This document shows positions 1 to 12,800 of a stretch of DNA of 64,000 bases, piece by piece (within the stretch, counting starts at the first letter, position 1; every line of letters begins with the position of its first letter). This DNA comes from Azolla caroliniana (taxonomy: Eukaryota; Plantae; Polypodiophyta). The position numbers were made by a program, and so were the translations under genes. The DNA lies in NCBI GenBank assembly GCA_043228905.1, contig JBHGNT010000013.1:17670001-17734000 (forward strand). Reading direction: 5' to 3'. The notes under the pieces are model-generated. The model did no database searches. It was given only the letters and a program-made list of their open reading frames with translations, and was not told the origin of the DNA.

Positions 1-1499
1 GGGGATGATGCTCAATGTGATGCGGAAGGAGAGGGGAGATCCAATAACCTTACTTTGGAGGATATACCTAGTACTACTAACTCTTCATGGAGGAAATACA
101 TTACTTCGGATGGGCCAATGATCACTAGTGGCGCCGATTATACTCGTCCCAATGGGACTTTGTCATCAATAAAGTCAAGTAGTAGTAGTAGTAGTCATAG
201 TGGTAGTAGTAAAGGAATTAATAGCATGTGTGATCCTACTAATTCCCGGAGGCGAGAAGCTAGTGATGGAGGTGATGATCAAGCCATAAATTATTATGCA
301 TTGATGAGGAATATCATGATGCATGATGACCATGCACGTTCATGGAGGGTGGGAAGATATAATGCAAAAGGTCGGGACGATCATATTGTATTGAGTAAAC
401 CTAATTGTGATGAAGATCATATTCTCGAGGAGATGGAAAAGAAGAGGCTCTACCATAGAATCAATATTAATGTAGTCTCCGGCCAATGTAGTACAAATGA
501 TGAAATCTATCATGATTGAGTTTAATTTGTGATAGAGGTTCATGTGGTTTATTGTATTGAATCGCAAAGCTTGTACCAATCGAGGTGTCCCCTCATAGAT
601 TACTATAACTTAAATTCAAACATTGTAAAAGTAGCTACCCCATCAAGGTTCTCATGGAGGCTTACCCTAGTGAAAGATAGTAGTCCATTTTCCATGGGAT
701 TTTTCTTTAATACTTGTGAAATATGCAATGTGTTGTAAAGGTTTGAAATACAATACATGAAATCTTCATGTCTAACAAAGGATGTCTTGATATTTTCTTA
801 TAGATTGTGTTCAAATATCGTGAGGGCATTGTAATTACTTAACATTAAGATATTCTCAATTTATTTATCTTACAATAATCGCCTTAGCATTAATCTCTCA
901 TATTAATCCACTTACCTTACCTTCAATATATTGTTAGGCTCTCATTAAGCTATATATAAAGTATTCTAATCCTCTCGTTAATATCTTCTTAAAAACCAAA
1001 AGTAACCATTAATTTAAATACCCTGGTGTATTATTTTGCCAACATTAATATGAAATTATTCATTACATTCTTCGTTCTTTTTGAAAACGTGATTACAAAA
1101 AAGAACATGCATGAAATTTTGCTTATTTTTATGAATATGCAATCCCACTTGACACATACACATACACACAAACTCACTTTGGCTTGGTTTAAACCAAATG
1201 GTTTATACAACAAGCCTTGATAAGGTTGCCATTGGCAATACATTCATCTTACGTTTGTTATGTGCAAATGATGGCTTCAGATGGCAAACCCCTATCCACA
1301 ACTTGGAAAACTTTTGCATACGTATGTTGAGTGTGAAGAGCACCAAAGTGACACATGCATCATGTACGATAATAAGCCACTAAAGACCATAGAAAACATC
1401 AAATGCCTTCGTCTTGATGCTCCTTACAAGTTACAATCAAGGATACAATTAATTTTATGTTAGTCACATCTAAGAAAGAGAAAATATAACTTCCTAAGA

Positions 1500-2390
1500 A
1501 CTAAAAACAACTAGAAGATATGAGAAAGCAAACATTGGGTTATGAAGCAATGCATGTTTTTGACACCAATGCTTCAATGTGGGGTTCAAAATGAAGCACT
1601 CGCATCTTGAAGTCCACTTGGAGTTATTTTGTTTAAAACGTTACAAGATTTGAGTTGATTAATTAGATGGAAGGTCCTTTACAAAACAATAAATTTCATA
1701 ATTTCTTTCTAGCCTCTCAAGTAAAAGTGCATGGACCGAGGCAAGTGTCCTTGAAAGTTTTAAGATAAGGAAACAAATTAGCATGCTTACTAATTGATCG
1801 CAATGTATTGGATCTCATTCTATATTTCTATTTATGTTCTCTACATTGCTCCAAAGTAGCAGAAGTTCACATATATGTCAAATTTCATTCAATTCTTTAA
1901 TCCCATTGGTATCTTAGATTATTACTTTGGCTTCTTCACTCCATATTGTAGCGTGGATCTGTTGGTTAGTCAAAGACCTCCCTCTGGTGTGCACATACAA
2001 CTCTTGTCGAATACAACTTTCCATATGATTGAATGAAACTAATGAATTGGCTTTCATTTTCAATCACTTCAACCTTAGTGATCATATTTACTGATTATGC
2101 ATTGAGTATTCGTTTCTTCCTCATCATTGTAAAGATAATAGAAAAAGTAAAAAACGTTTAGGGATGGACGACAGAAAATCTTGCATTTCAGTTATCTTAC
2201 TCGAAATGTCAATGGGTTTATTGATCCAATTACCAAAAGTTCACAAACCAAAAATGCCACTGCATCTCTGTAATCATAGTCCAATCATCAAGTGTTCACA
2301 TACCCAAATTTTCATGGAAATAAATGAGGATATTAATGTAGCACACAATTTTACTACTTTTTCATGTAAACATTGTGATATAAATCTAAT
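1500..2390 (-). mobile_element. Possible highly degenerate hAT transposase relic
   Basis: Only short motif remnants on minus (GAM near 1850, IHC near 1800-1810); no open frame. Confidence 0.25.
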
Positions 2391-2831
2391 CAACTAATTG
2401 GATCAAGTAAGGGGTTGTCATGGGGATACATGTCGGAAGGTCCAGGAAAAAGTATAGAATGTTGGAGACTGTTTATGTCATTGCCAACACAAGACCAAGC
2501 CACCATCCTCCATGGAATGAGGGGCGGATGGGCTATGAGATTTGAAATCATTAACACTCTACTAATTAGGGAAGCCGCTCATCAAAGGATGGCAACGGAG
2601 AAATGGATAGGCTACAAGGAGGAGGGCTCTTTGCTCCCAAGAGGTAGGGACACAGTGAACAAGATCGAAGGCTTTGAACTACAGGACAATGAGGCATCAA
2701 CACAGTGTAAGACAATTCGAGTACTAGCATATACTGGGCATAAATGGATTGTAGATCTTGATTCGATCAAAGTACAACCAGATTGGCACATATGTACTCA
2801 TTAAAGCACATGGCTACGTAAGGTCAGTTGG

Positions 2832-3297
2832 TATTAGAGATTAGGTACTAAAGTAAGCATAAAATAAGGATATATCAATGATAGATCTAGAAAGAATAGA
2901 GAGAAAAGAGAGAAAGAAGGGTGCCGATCCACCCGACCACCCCCGAGCGAAGGGATCGAGACGGACTCGAGCCTCGATTGGCGTCCCATACCACCGCCTT
3001 GGCGTCGAGTCGTACCTGGACGATAGCGCGCTTGCTACAAGAGTCGTTCCACTCACGGACAGAGTCTCGACGTAGTCAATGCATGCCCCAAATGAGGGTA
3101 GCTAGGCCTCTTATTTATAGTAATTCTCAAGGCCCCCAGCCATGTTCACACTTGGCCTCATGGGTTGTCTCAATCCCGAGGATTAAAAGTAATCCTCCCC
3201 TTCTTTAGACTCTTTGTTTAACCCTCACACTTATCCACGTGTATAGAATACTACGACAATTCTCACCACGGGATATTATATGGTCATGCCCGTAACA
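2832..3297 (-). repeat. 3' LTR of the gypsy element
   Basis: Preceded on minus by the polypurine tract (3298-3310). Matches 9418-9883 except for 3 C/T transitions. Confidence 0.96.
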
Positions 3298-6200
3298 TAC
3301 TCCCCCTCTTTAAAACATTGCACTCTTGCAATGGAAAGTTAGGGAAGTTAGTTCTTAGAGTCGTTTCGCGTTCCCATGTGGCATCTTTGATTGATTTATC
3401 CATCCATTTTATTTTAAATTCTCGGATTTCCTTAGCACGTAATTTTTTTGTTTTAACATCGAGAATTCTTTCTGGTACATGTGGTTTAGAAGATAAATCT
3501 TCAGAAGTAACCAGAGTTTCAGTTGTAACTGTATTGTCACCAGAACCTAGAAGTTCTTTTAGACGACTTACATGAAAGACTGGATGGATTCCAACACCAT
3601 CGGGAAGAGCGAGACGATAGGCTGATGATCCAATGCGTTTGAGGACTGTAAAAGGTCCACAAAACCGTGGGGCTAACTTAGCGCACTTACCCGTAGACAA
3701 TGTCTTAGAATTGTGAGGTACACGTAAAAATACCTTCTGTCCAGGGCTGAATACACGAGGTTGCCTGTGATGATCGGCATAAAAACGCGCTCTATCTTGA
3801 GCTGTTTTTATATTATCCCGTGCAATATGCAACATATCTTGCATATCCCGAAGAAAGTTTTGCGTACTTCGCAACTCATCATGATGTATATTAACATCAA
3901 TCGGGGCTCGTGGCTGAAATCCATACATCAACATAAAAGGACTATATCCCGTCGACGCATGCTTGGAGCTGTTATAAGCAAACTCCAAAATTGGGAGGTA
4001 ACGTTCCCATTTTGTTGGTTTTGCACCAACGTATGCTCGAAGCATGTCCTCAATAATTTGATTTACTCGTTCTGTCTGTCCATCGGATTGAGGATGATCC
4101 GTGGAGCTCATGCTCAACGTAGTTTCTAACTTCTTAAAGGTTTGCGTCCAGAAGTCACTAGTAAACTTCGGATCTCAGTCACTCACGATATCCATCGGTA
4201 ACCCGTAAAAACGAAATAACTCATCAACGAATTGGTAAGCCAATTTAGGAGCTATTACCGTGGTTTTAGTAGCAATAAATCTGGCCATTTTAGTTAGTCT
4301 GTCAACCACAACCCATATGGCATCATGACCTTTTTGGGTGCGAGGAAGGCTAACAATAAAATCCATGGATATACTTTCCCACTTATTATTGGGAATGTCC
4401 AAGGGATGTAAAAGTCCTGCGGCTTTAAGTCGCTCGGCTTTGTTAACCTGACATTGGTGACATTTAGTCACATAGCTATGTATGTCAGGACGCATCTTAG
4501 GCCAATAAAATTGAGTGGAGATGAGAACGAGTGTACGATGTATTCCAGGGTGCCCTGCTGAGGGTGCATCATGGCATTCAAAAAGAATTCTCTTTTTGAC
4601 CTCAGGCAAATCTGGAACACAAACCTTCCCATTACGGTAGAGCAGACCGTTAGCAATGTGAAAGTATTCCTTCGAGGGTGTGGTGGTGTCTGTTCCAGAC
4701 TCGACTCTTGCCTAGTATTTTGCAAAATAATTGTCATCAGGATACTTTCCTCGAAGGTGATCATAAAGATCTGATGTTATTTCAGTGAAGCTAAGCATGT
4801 TAACTTCACGGATGCGACTTAGTGCATCAGCGACAGTATTCATGGAACCTTTACGATATCGTATGGAAAAATCAAAGTCCTGGATGAGATCAGCCCATCG
4901 TGCCTTACGACCTTTCAGGTCTTGTTGGTCACAAAAATATTTCAAGGACTCGTGGTCCGTAGTTACCACAAAGCGATTTCCATAAAGATAATGGCGCCAT
5001 GTTTTGAGCGCATGTATAACCGCAAATAATTCCTTTTCTTGAACGGTATACCGACATTGAGCAGAATCAAGTTTCTTACTCTCGAATGCTATTGGTTTAC
5101 CATCTTGATACAAGACAGCACCTATAGCATAATCGCTTGCGTCGGTTTCAACCTCAAAAGGTTTTGAAGGATCGGGTAAAAGAAGTGAAGGAGCCTTGCA
5201 TACCAAGTCCTTGAGTTCCTTAAAGGCGAGGTCTAGTGTAGCATTCCACACAATAGGTTTTGTAGACTTACGCGTTTGACCTTTTAGAAGATCAGTAAAC
5301 GGCGTCGTCAATTGTGAGTAATTACGAAGAGATTTTCGCAAAAATCCGACAAAACCAAGGAATGATCGAACTTCTCGAATATTCCGAAGAGTGGGCCAAA
5401 GCTTGATTTTCTCGATGCGAGAAGGATCAATTTCAACTCCTCGTTCGGTTATGAGATGTCCAAGATAAGTAATTGATTTCTTGAAGAACTCACATTTTGA
5501 GATCTTCGCGTAAAATTGTTTGTCACGCAATATTTGTAAAACAAAGCGGACATGTCTAGCATGTTCTTGTAATGTACGGCTATAAACTAAAATATCATCT
5601 AAGAAGATAACGACAAATTTTCCAAGTTGTTCTCGGAAAATGTCATTCATTTCTTGTTGAAATGTAGCCGGAGCATTGGTCAAACCAAAAGGCATAACCA
5701 AAAACTCATAATGGCCGTAGCGCGTACGAAATGCTGTTTTAGGAACATCGTCCTCACTTATTCGTATTTGATGGTAGCCAGTACGGAGATCAAGTTTCGT
5801 AAAATACCGAGCTCCCTGGAGACGGTCAATTAGATCGTCAGCCCGGGGCAATGGGTACGAATTCTTGATCGTCACTTTATTCAAGGGTCGGTAATTAATA
5901 CACATACGCCATGTGCCCTCTTTCTTTTTAACCAAGAGAACTGGTGCACCCCATGGAGATTTACTATAACGTATATAACCCATTCGTAAATAGTCCTTAA
6001 GTTGCTTAGCTACCTCATCCTCTTCAGATCGACTTAGGCGATACGGAGGTATACTAATGGGTGCAATGCCAGGTACAATATCTATACGATGGTCTATATT
6101 ACGTTTAGGAGGTAAACCATCGGGTAGTTCACTCGGAAAAACATCACGAAAATCGTTTACGATTTCATCAAGTTGTTTTTGTTCAAAATATGTTAATTGA

Positions 6201-7807
6201 CCCGAGACATTATCGATATTGTAAACGTGAATGTCCGGATCAAGTACACAATAAAATAACGTAGAACAAGACAACTCGGATATTGATGGACACGAGGAAA
6301 CAATCGAGAAGGATTGTTTTGTTACACATTGAATAAAATGCGTACAATCGTTGAGTACAAAAGAAATGGAATGGCGAACCCAATCAATAAATAAAGAAGA
6401 GCTTTTATTATAAAACCAGGGATAACCCAGTATTACATCGGTGGTACTAAGATTCATTACATGGAAGTCTACTTCCTCTATATAGGTATCAATAGAAATT
6501 CCTAAAGAATGAATCGCCCCGTTGATGTGTTGTACTCTTCCATCAGCCAAGTGCACCGTGTAGGTGTGATCACTTACGGTGGGTTGGATTCCCCATATCT
6601 GTACCAAACAATCATTCACAAAATTGTGTGAGCTTCCCGAATCAAATAAAAATTGTACGGGAGATCCATTGATATACCCGTTTGCACGTAGTAAATCATT
6701 GGGACCCAATACATAATGAGGGAAAGAACATTGACAATTACTCAAATGATGTGTATAGACCTGAAGGACATTAGGAATCTGACCTTTATGGTCTGTAGCT
6801 TTAGGTTTGGCGTCGTGCTCTTTTCGTTGGAGCTTACGACATTGCTCTTTTGTATGACCCTTCTTTTTGCAGAATACGCAAAAAGGATGTTGTCGCTTAT
6901 AATCGCGATCCATGAATTCGTTGGGTGTCTTGCGTTTCCCAACGAATTGCGACTGCTTAGTCCCGGGCGCTTCGTTGGGTTTGTTATGGTCCTTCTTCGA
7001 AGTGCGTTGATAGCGAAGAACTATCTCAACGGCCTCTTCGAAGGATTTTGGATCCTTATCGTGCACTATCCAGTGATAGTCCGAATTGGGGATGCCATTG
7101 ACAAAACAAGCTATTAACCAATTGTCCCCTTCTAGACCCGATTTTTGGATTTGGGTTCTAGCATGGTGGACATAGTCTTCTAGCGAGGAAAACTTCCTGC
7201 TAGAGAGGTTCATTAAAGCTTGTGCTGCCTCGGTTCGAGAGGGAGGTTGTAGAAATTGACCCTTGAAAACTGTGACAAAGTCTGTCCAGGTCTCGGGCAA
7301 TCTCCCCAAAGTTCGGAGCCCACGCCACCAAGCGGCGGCCTTACCCCCTAGTTCTCGGCCGACATATGCAATCTTCGTACTATCTGGCGTGGGATAGAGC
7401 TCAAAATGAGACTCCCATCGGCCCAGCCACGTGCAGATTGCTTCTTCGGTTCTTTCCTTTTTATCTCCCGTAAATGGCTTTATGACAAATGATGGTTCAC
7501 CCTGACGCTCATCAGGTCTATTAATCTCATTTTGGAGACTAATGACTCGTGCCTCGAGAGCACTTTGAGATTGCCAAAATTCGGTCAACTGCTGCGCGGT
7601 TGAACTAAGGAAATGTTGTACTTGTAAAATATACGCCTCAATGGACATTGTCCCAGGAGGATTTCCTTGAGGTCTTTCCGCTTGAGCGGAGGGCATCGGG
7701 TCGTTATTCTGAGCCATTGAATGATTATTTCTGGCAAAGAAATAAGATAAGTTCAGACAAATAGTCATAACATCTTGTCGTGGTGTAAACATATCATGGG
7801 CAAACAT
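3284..7807 (-). pseudogene. gag-pol polyprotein (Gag with CCHC knuckle, aspartic protease, RT, RNase H, integrase, chromodomain) interrupted by two in-frame stops
   Basis: ORFs 4712-7807, 4175-4609 and 3284-4117 share one frame. Motifs: [48 protein letters not shown] zinc finger, QSDGQTERVN, GPF, and chromodomain PERILD...KIKW...ATWE. Stops are TAG at 4712 (probably from TGG) and TGA at 4175 (probably from CGA in DIVSDRDP). Confidence 0.95.
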
Positions 7808-9417
7808 TAATCGATATCATGATCTCACGTCAATACCCCTCTAGACGTATGAGATGAGGTTCAAGATCAAGTTACTATGGTAACACATAGGTGTTTTAAA
7901 AACCATGGGGGTGACAAATGAATGCCTTTCCCTGATCTCTATATCGATTTTTTTCATGGCGGCTCCCCGAGGCTCAACCATGTATGTTCGCGTCATGAAT
8001 AGTTTATACACGAAAAAAATGTTAACAATAACTATGTTTCTGTGCCCACATATGTGGTTTCGGCTCTTTAAGTCCTATTACGAGGACCCCGAAGTGCACT
8101 TAGACCTAAAGTCTAAACATGTATTATAGTCATATGTATCAACGATGTTGTATGGTGTTGGTCATATTTGAACTCGAGACCTCGAGGACAAATACATTAA
8201 ACACTTGAGCCAACCAAGTAGATTGCGCGTCTTGAATGTTTAATGTTTGAGGTGTATTCGAGATATGCGAGGCATTTGCCCCTATATGTTTTTTTTAAAA
8301 GAAACATATAGGTCAAGTGGCCTTATTTCTCCCTCATTTATTACCCACTATGGTTGTACGCTACCTACCCTCAAGCCTCGTAAGTACAATGGCATATGCC
8401 AAAGTGTAACCTAATGGTCAAGCCGAATGAGCCCTTGTGTCTTCGTAGGCTCATGTGGCCCATCACATGGTCACGTCATTACGAATGGCGCTCGTAAGAA
8501 CGAGCTCATGGTGGCATCGTATCCATGTAACGAGGGGAGATGTTGGATACGTGTGTCATTAGAGCGACCCTACTTGATGTGGATCAAGCCCGACGTATTC
8601 AACATCATTTTGGCTATACGAGGTTCGTTACGTAACGAAAGATCAAAGTGACCAACGGGAATTTCAACAATAAAAATTGTTGATAAAAGGGATGGTGACA
8701 ACGCCATTCTCACAAAAATGTGAGGACGGCCACCAAAATCCTCTCCCCAATTAGGAAAACATTTGATATGAATCACGTAATCTAAAATATACACATATGT
8801 CAATATATCACATATATACGATCAGAGACGTATATAAGTGACCACATATGCGTATACTAAATGAATCGTTTTTTTTTTATATAGCCAACAATGATGTATT
8901 CGGGATACGTAATCGAGGCATATACCTCTACGCACACGAAACATCCGAAAATAAGGTTAAGCGTAATTCGCAATTGAGGTATTGACCTCTTACGCATAGT
9001 AAATCCAACGCATATCATTTCGAACGAATCGAGGTATTGACCTCGTACGTGAACGTAACATATGTTCGTGAACGTAATACGCAATTGAGGTTGTAACCTC
9101 GTACGCATACGACACTCATCACATATGATTTATATGTCAAACGAGGTATTGACCTCGTGGACATATGTAAACGTTTAAGATAACCAATTAAATACCACGT
9201 CAACATCATTGAATATATGAAAAAAAAACTACATATTAAGTATACACATGTATAGAAGGGAGAAGAAAAATTAGATAAAAAATTAAGGAAAATTTACCGA
9301 AGTTCTTTCGCTAATCCTTGTCTGCATGAAGGCGACCGCACAACGATCAATCGCCATCCCACGCGAAGACAAAAAGAAAACCAAAAGAAACGTTAGTACA
9401 TAGGCTCTGATACCAAA

Positions 9418-9883
9418 TATTAGAGATTAGGTACTAAAGTAAGCATAAAATAAGGATATATCAATGATAGATCTAGAAAGAATAGAGAGAAAAGAGAGAA
9501 AGAAGGGTGTCGATCCACCCGACCACCCTCGAGCGAAGGGATCGAGACGGACTCGAGCCTCGATCGGCGTCCCATACCACCGCCTTGGCGTCGAGTCGTA
9601 CCTGGACGATAGCGCGCTTGCTACAAGAGTCGTTCCACTCACGGACAGAGTCTCGACGTAGTCAATGCATGCCCCAAATGAGGGTAGCTAGGCCTCTTAT
9701 TTATAGTAATTCTCAAGGCCCCCAGCCATGTTCACACTTGGCCTCATGGGTTGTCTCAATCCCGAGGATTAAAAGTAATCCTCCCCTTCTTTAGACTCTT
9801 TGTTTAACCCTCACACTTATCCACGTGTATAGAATACTACGACAATTCTCACCACGGGATATTATATGGTCATGCCCGTAACA
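9418..9883 (-). repeat. 5' LTR of the gypsy element
   Basis: On minus it begins TGTTACGGG and ends CTCTAATA, followed by TT and the PBS. Direct repeat of 2832-3297. Confidence 0.96.
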
Positions 9884-12800
9884 GTTGGGACCCTTTGCAA
9901 TGGACATGGTGTGATCCTTACGCGGGGCAAGGAAGCAAACCTATCCCTTTCTTTCAATTCACAACTAGATTGGGTTGCCATATTATAGCCGCTCAATCTG
10001 CCCGAGATCCGACTACTGCAAAGGTCTGGAAAACATATCATGTTCCTAACACAATTATCACCAAGTTTTGGTAGAAACTCTGGAAACAACAACACGCAAG
10101 GCAAATCACCACTTTCCAATGGTTGTTAATACATAAGTCACTACTGGTTGGTGCATGGCAGTGTGGGAACCTCAACTCTCCTAATTGTGTAGCGTGTCCA
10201 ACTGTAGTAGAATCAATATAAAATGCTTTATGGGATTGCCCAAAGTCCCATTGAATATGGCGAGGGGTTGGCCGCTTATTGCAATTATGCCTGGTGCAAG
10301 GCTCAATCAAGTGGGGGAATGTATGTTGGCTATCATGGCATGCCCTAGTTGACAAATATGAGAATCAGGAAGAGGGGATGACTTTGGTTATAAAAGCACA
10401 AGAGGTTTTTTTCTCCACCATCGACAATGTCCACTCAACTCCTATCAATGCCAAATCTCAAGTTGTGTTGGAATTGGTCACCCCAATAACTCTAGATTCT
10501 ATGGAAACAAAGGTGTAGACAGGTCTTCTCCAACCAAACCGTGCATCCAATAGTGTTAATGCAAGAGATATGGAGTGAAGTGGTAGCCACTCTAAAGAGC
10601 CAATATGATGGCCTCAAGGGTGACTCCGATGGAGTTGAAAGACAACGACTAGCCTTCATCCAACAATGGTCGTCCTCCCCCTTTATTGAGTCGGTGGGCA
10701 TCCACATAAGATGGACTTATCGTGTCCCTACAAGGATTTGTATATACTAATCTCATCTGTAAATTTTTATAACTAATGGAAGGAGTTTTTTTTGGAAAAA
10801 TTTAAAAAAAACATTGTGATATAAGTACACCTTCCATGTTTCAGAGTTATATTTAAAATTTGTAAGGATTTTTTTTGTACTTATGCATGGTAGCCAAAAA
10901 TCTCCAAAATCAATGTACAATGCACCTTAAGCAAATGCCAAGAGGTATGTCATGTATGGTTTAGCATGACGAGGTTGGCCCCTCGTCATGCTAGTCCACG
11001 CACACTTATTTCAAGGTGTGTTCTATATACAAAAAAGAAGAAGATGTATTCGAAAAAATAATTCATATAGCATACAAATGCAATACTCGAAAATGAATAG
11101 CGTGCCATTGTAAAAGGAGAACCTCGTGACATAGACTTAATTATGTATTGGTCATCCTATTACTTTCTCAAAATTTTGTTTGGATCCTTTTACTTTCTCA
11201 AGTAAAGTGTGGCTTTTTCTGATTTGACTAGTTGTTATAGTCCCTCTAAAATACTTCCACAACGTCATAAATTCTAATGACAGGAAAAAAATATATTTGT
11301 GAAGTTTTTTCCAATTTATTTGGGCCTATACAACATGTCCAAAATCCACCTAATGACGCAACATATTTCTAAACTTCTCCTTGCTGTTACAGTTTACTAA
11401 ATGCAAACTACATAGTAAGTACATAGTTCATCTATAAGCACACACTCTCTCCTTTGGCCAATTGTCTTTGGCTTATGCAATGATAATTTATTTAACAAAT
11501 GGTTGATGAGTTTGGTAGATGCGGCATGTACACGACTTAGGATGCCTCAACAAGCTTCTCAAAGAATGAGGCACTTTACCAACACAAGTATAACATGACG
11601 TGGGAGAGATATGTAAGCATGGGTTGGAGCGCACTACAAAAACATATTCTTTATTTAATATGTAATCTTACTTATACATGTTAATGGTAATTCTCATGTA
11701 TGCAATTGACATCACCACTTTAAAACAAGTTTCTTTACATTTTCTGTGAGGTTAAGAGGGGCATTGGGCAACCTTGAGGAGACTTGTTGCCTACATTTAT
11801 CTTTTCCTTGGTAAGACTGCACGTCAAATTATCACACTACACTTCAATGCTCCATCTTCCTCAGATGTGATTTGGTCGCTCTTCTCACATTTTCAACCCT
11901 CTCATGTTCCTACATATTTCACTTTGTCATAACGTGCACTCTCTAGTGCAACATTCATAACTTAGTATATTTTAGAGTCACTTATCAACTCCACACATAC
12001 TTCATAAAATTGTTTCTCAGACAATTTCATTGCGAATATTTCACTTTTGATTTTGGTAATAAAAACTTGTCTCTCACTTCTTGTGACATATTACATTCTG
12101 CTCTTTCCTTAAGCACTCTTGGAAATTGTTACGAATGTTTCCTTTGTTCGAACTTTTTTTTGTATTCAGAATTGGAAAACATACCCGGTTTAAATATGTC
12201 CTATTTTAAGGGGTTGTGCATGTGACACTATAGTTGTCACCTAAACAACTTTACTAGTTGCTACATATGCTCTCTCAAATCTTCTCTTCAAATTTTTGCA
12301 TTCATCTATTGATCAACCTTAGCACTTAGAACTTGATCACAAAAATCTTAACACATAGCGTTGATCATGCAAAGCGTAGGAAGATGATATGGTGTCTTAT
12401 ATTCCTAATCTTTCCATCTAGTTTCTCTAAGAAAATAAAGTTCAATCCTCACCAAAGGGCTCAACCATGTCTCATATTACATTGCAAATGGTTTCCCATG
12501 GGTCTTAAAAGTATATTCGTCTCTCTCATCATGTTTCTCTCTTCCAAGAATTGACTTTGTTGTATCATTCATCGTCATGATTTTGCTTTTTCAAGTATAT
12601 TTGTCTCTCTTGTCATGTTTTTCTTCGGGAAATTGACTTTGATCTATCATTCATCACATGATTTTGCTTTTTCTAGCTATTTGCTTGGTTGTTTACATTA
12701 TTAATATATGTATAGTGGAGGATGAACACCTCATTTGTGTTTGTGTTTGTGTTTGAGTGTGAACTTTGAAGGTCATAAGTGACTATTGATATTGAATGAC

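Larger units (their letters stand above)
2832..9883 (-). mobile_element. Full-length Ty3/gypsy LTR retrotransposon (chromovirus, chromodomain-bearing integrase)
   Basis: Two 466-bp LTRs (2832-3297, 9418-9883) differing at 3 positions. 5-bp TSD GTTGG at 2827-2831 and 9884-9888. tRNA-iMet PBS TGGTATCAGAGCC (minus, 9403-9415). PPT AAGAGGGGGAGTA next to the 3' LTR. Domain order gag-PR-RT-RH-INT-chromo. Confidence 0.97.
2400..10760 (+). mobile_element. Decayed L1-type LINE ORF2 3' portion, split by the gypsy insertion (about 2400-2826 and 9889-10760)
   Basis: Plus-strand translation at ~10050-10750 gives KFW*KLWK...TFQWLLIHKSL...CVACPTVVESI*NALWDCPKS...ILWKQRCRQVF. This is the zf-RVT/CCHC plus W-x-W-x-x-R-x-x-x-VF C-terminal signature of L1 ORF2. 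The left boundary is approximate. Confidence 0.65.

Noticed and set aside
55-519. 154-aa ORF at the window start
   Set aside because: Low complexity, non-ATG start, no recognisable domain. Possibly the tail of a decayed transposase but unsupported.
2841-3208. Small ORFs repeated at 2841-3208 and 9427-9794
   Set aside because: They are simply the two LTR copies; no coding signature.
8911-9160. CRISPR array (palindromic repeats with regular spacers)
   Set aside because: The repeats are only ~14-20 nt, the spacers are related to each other, there are no cas genes, and the context is a plant retrotransposon. Kept as a hairpin array instead.
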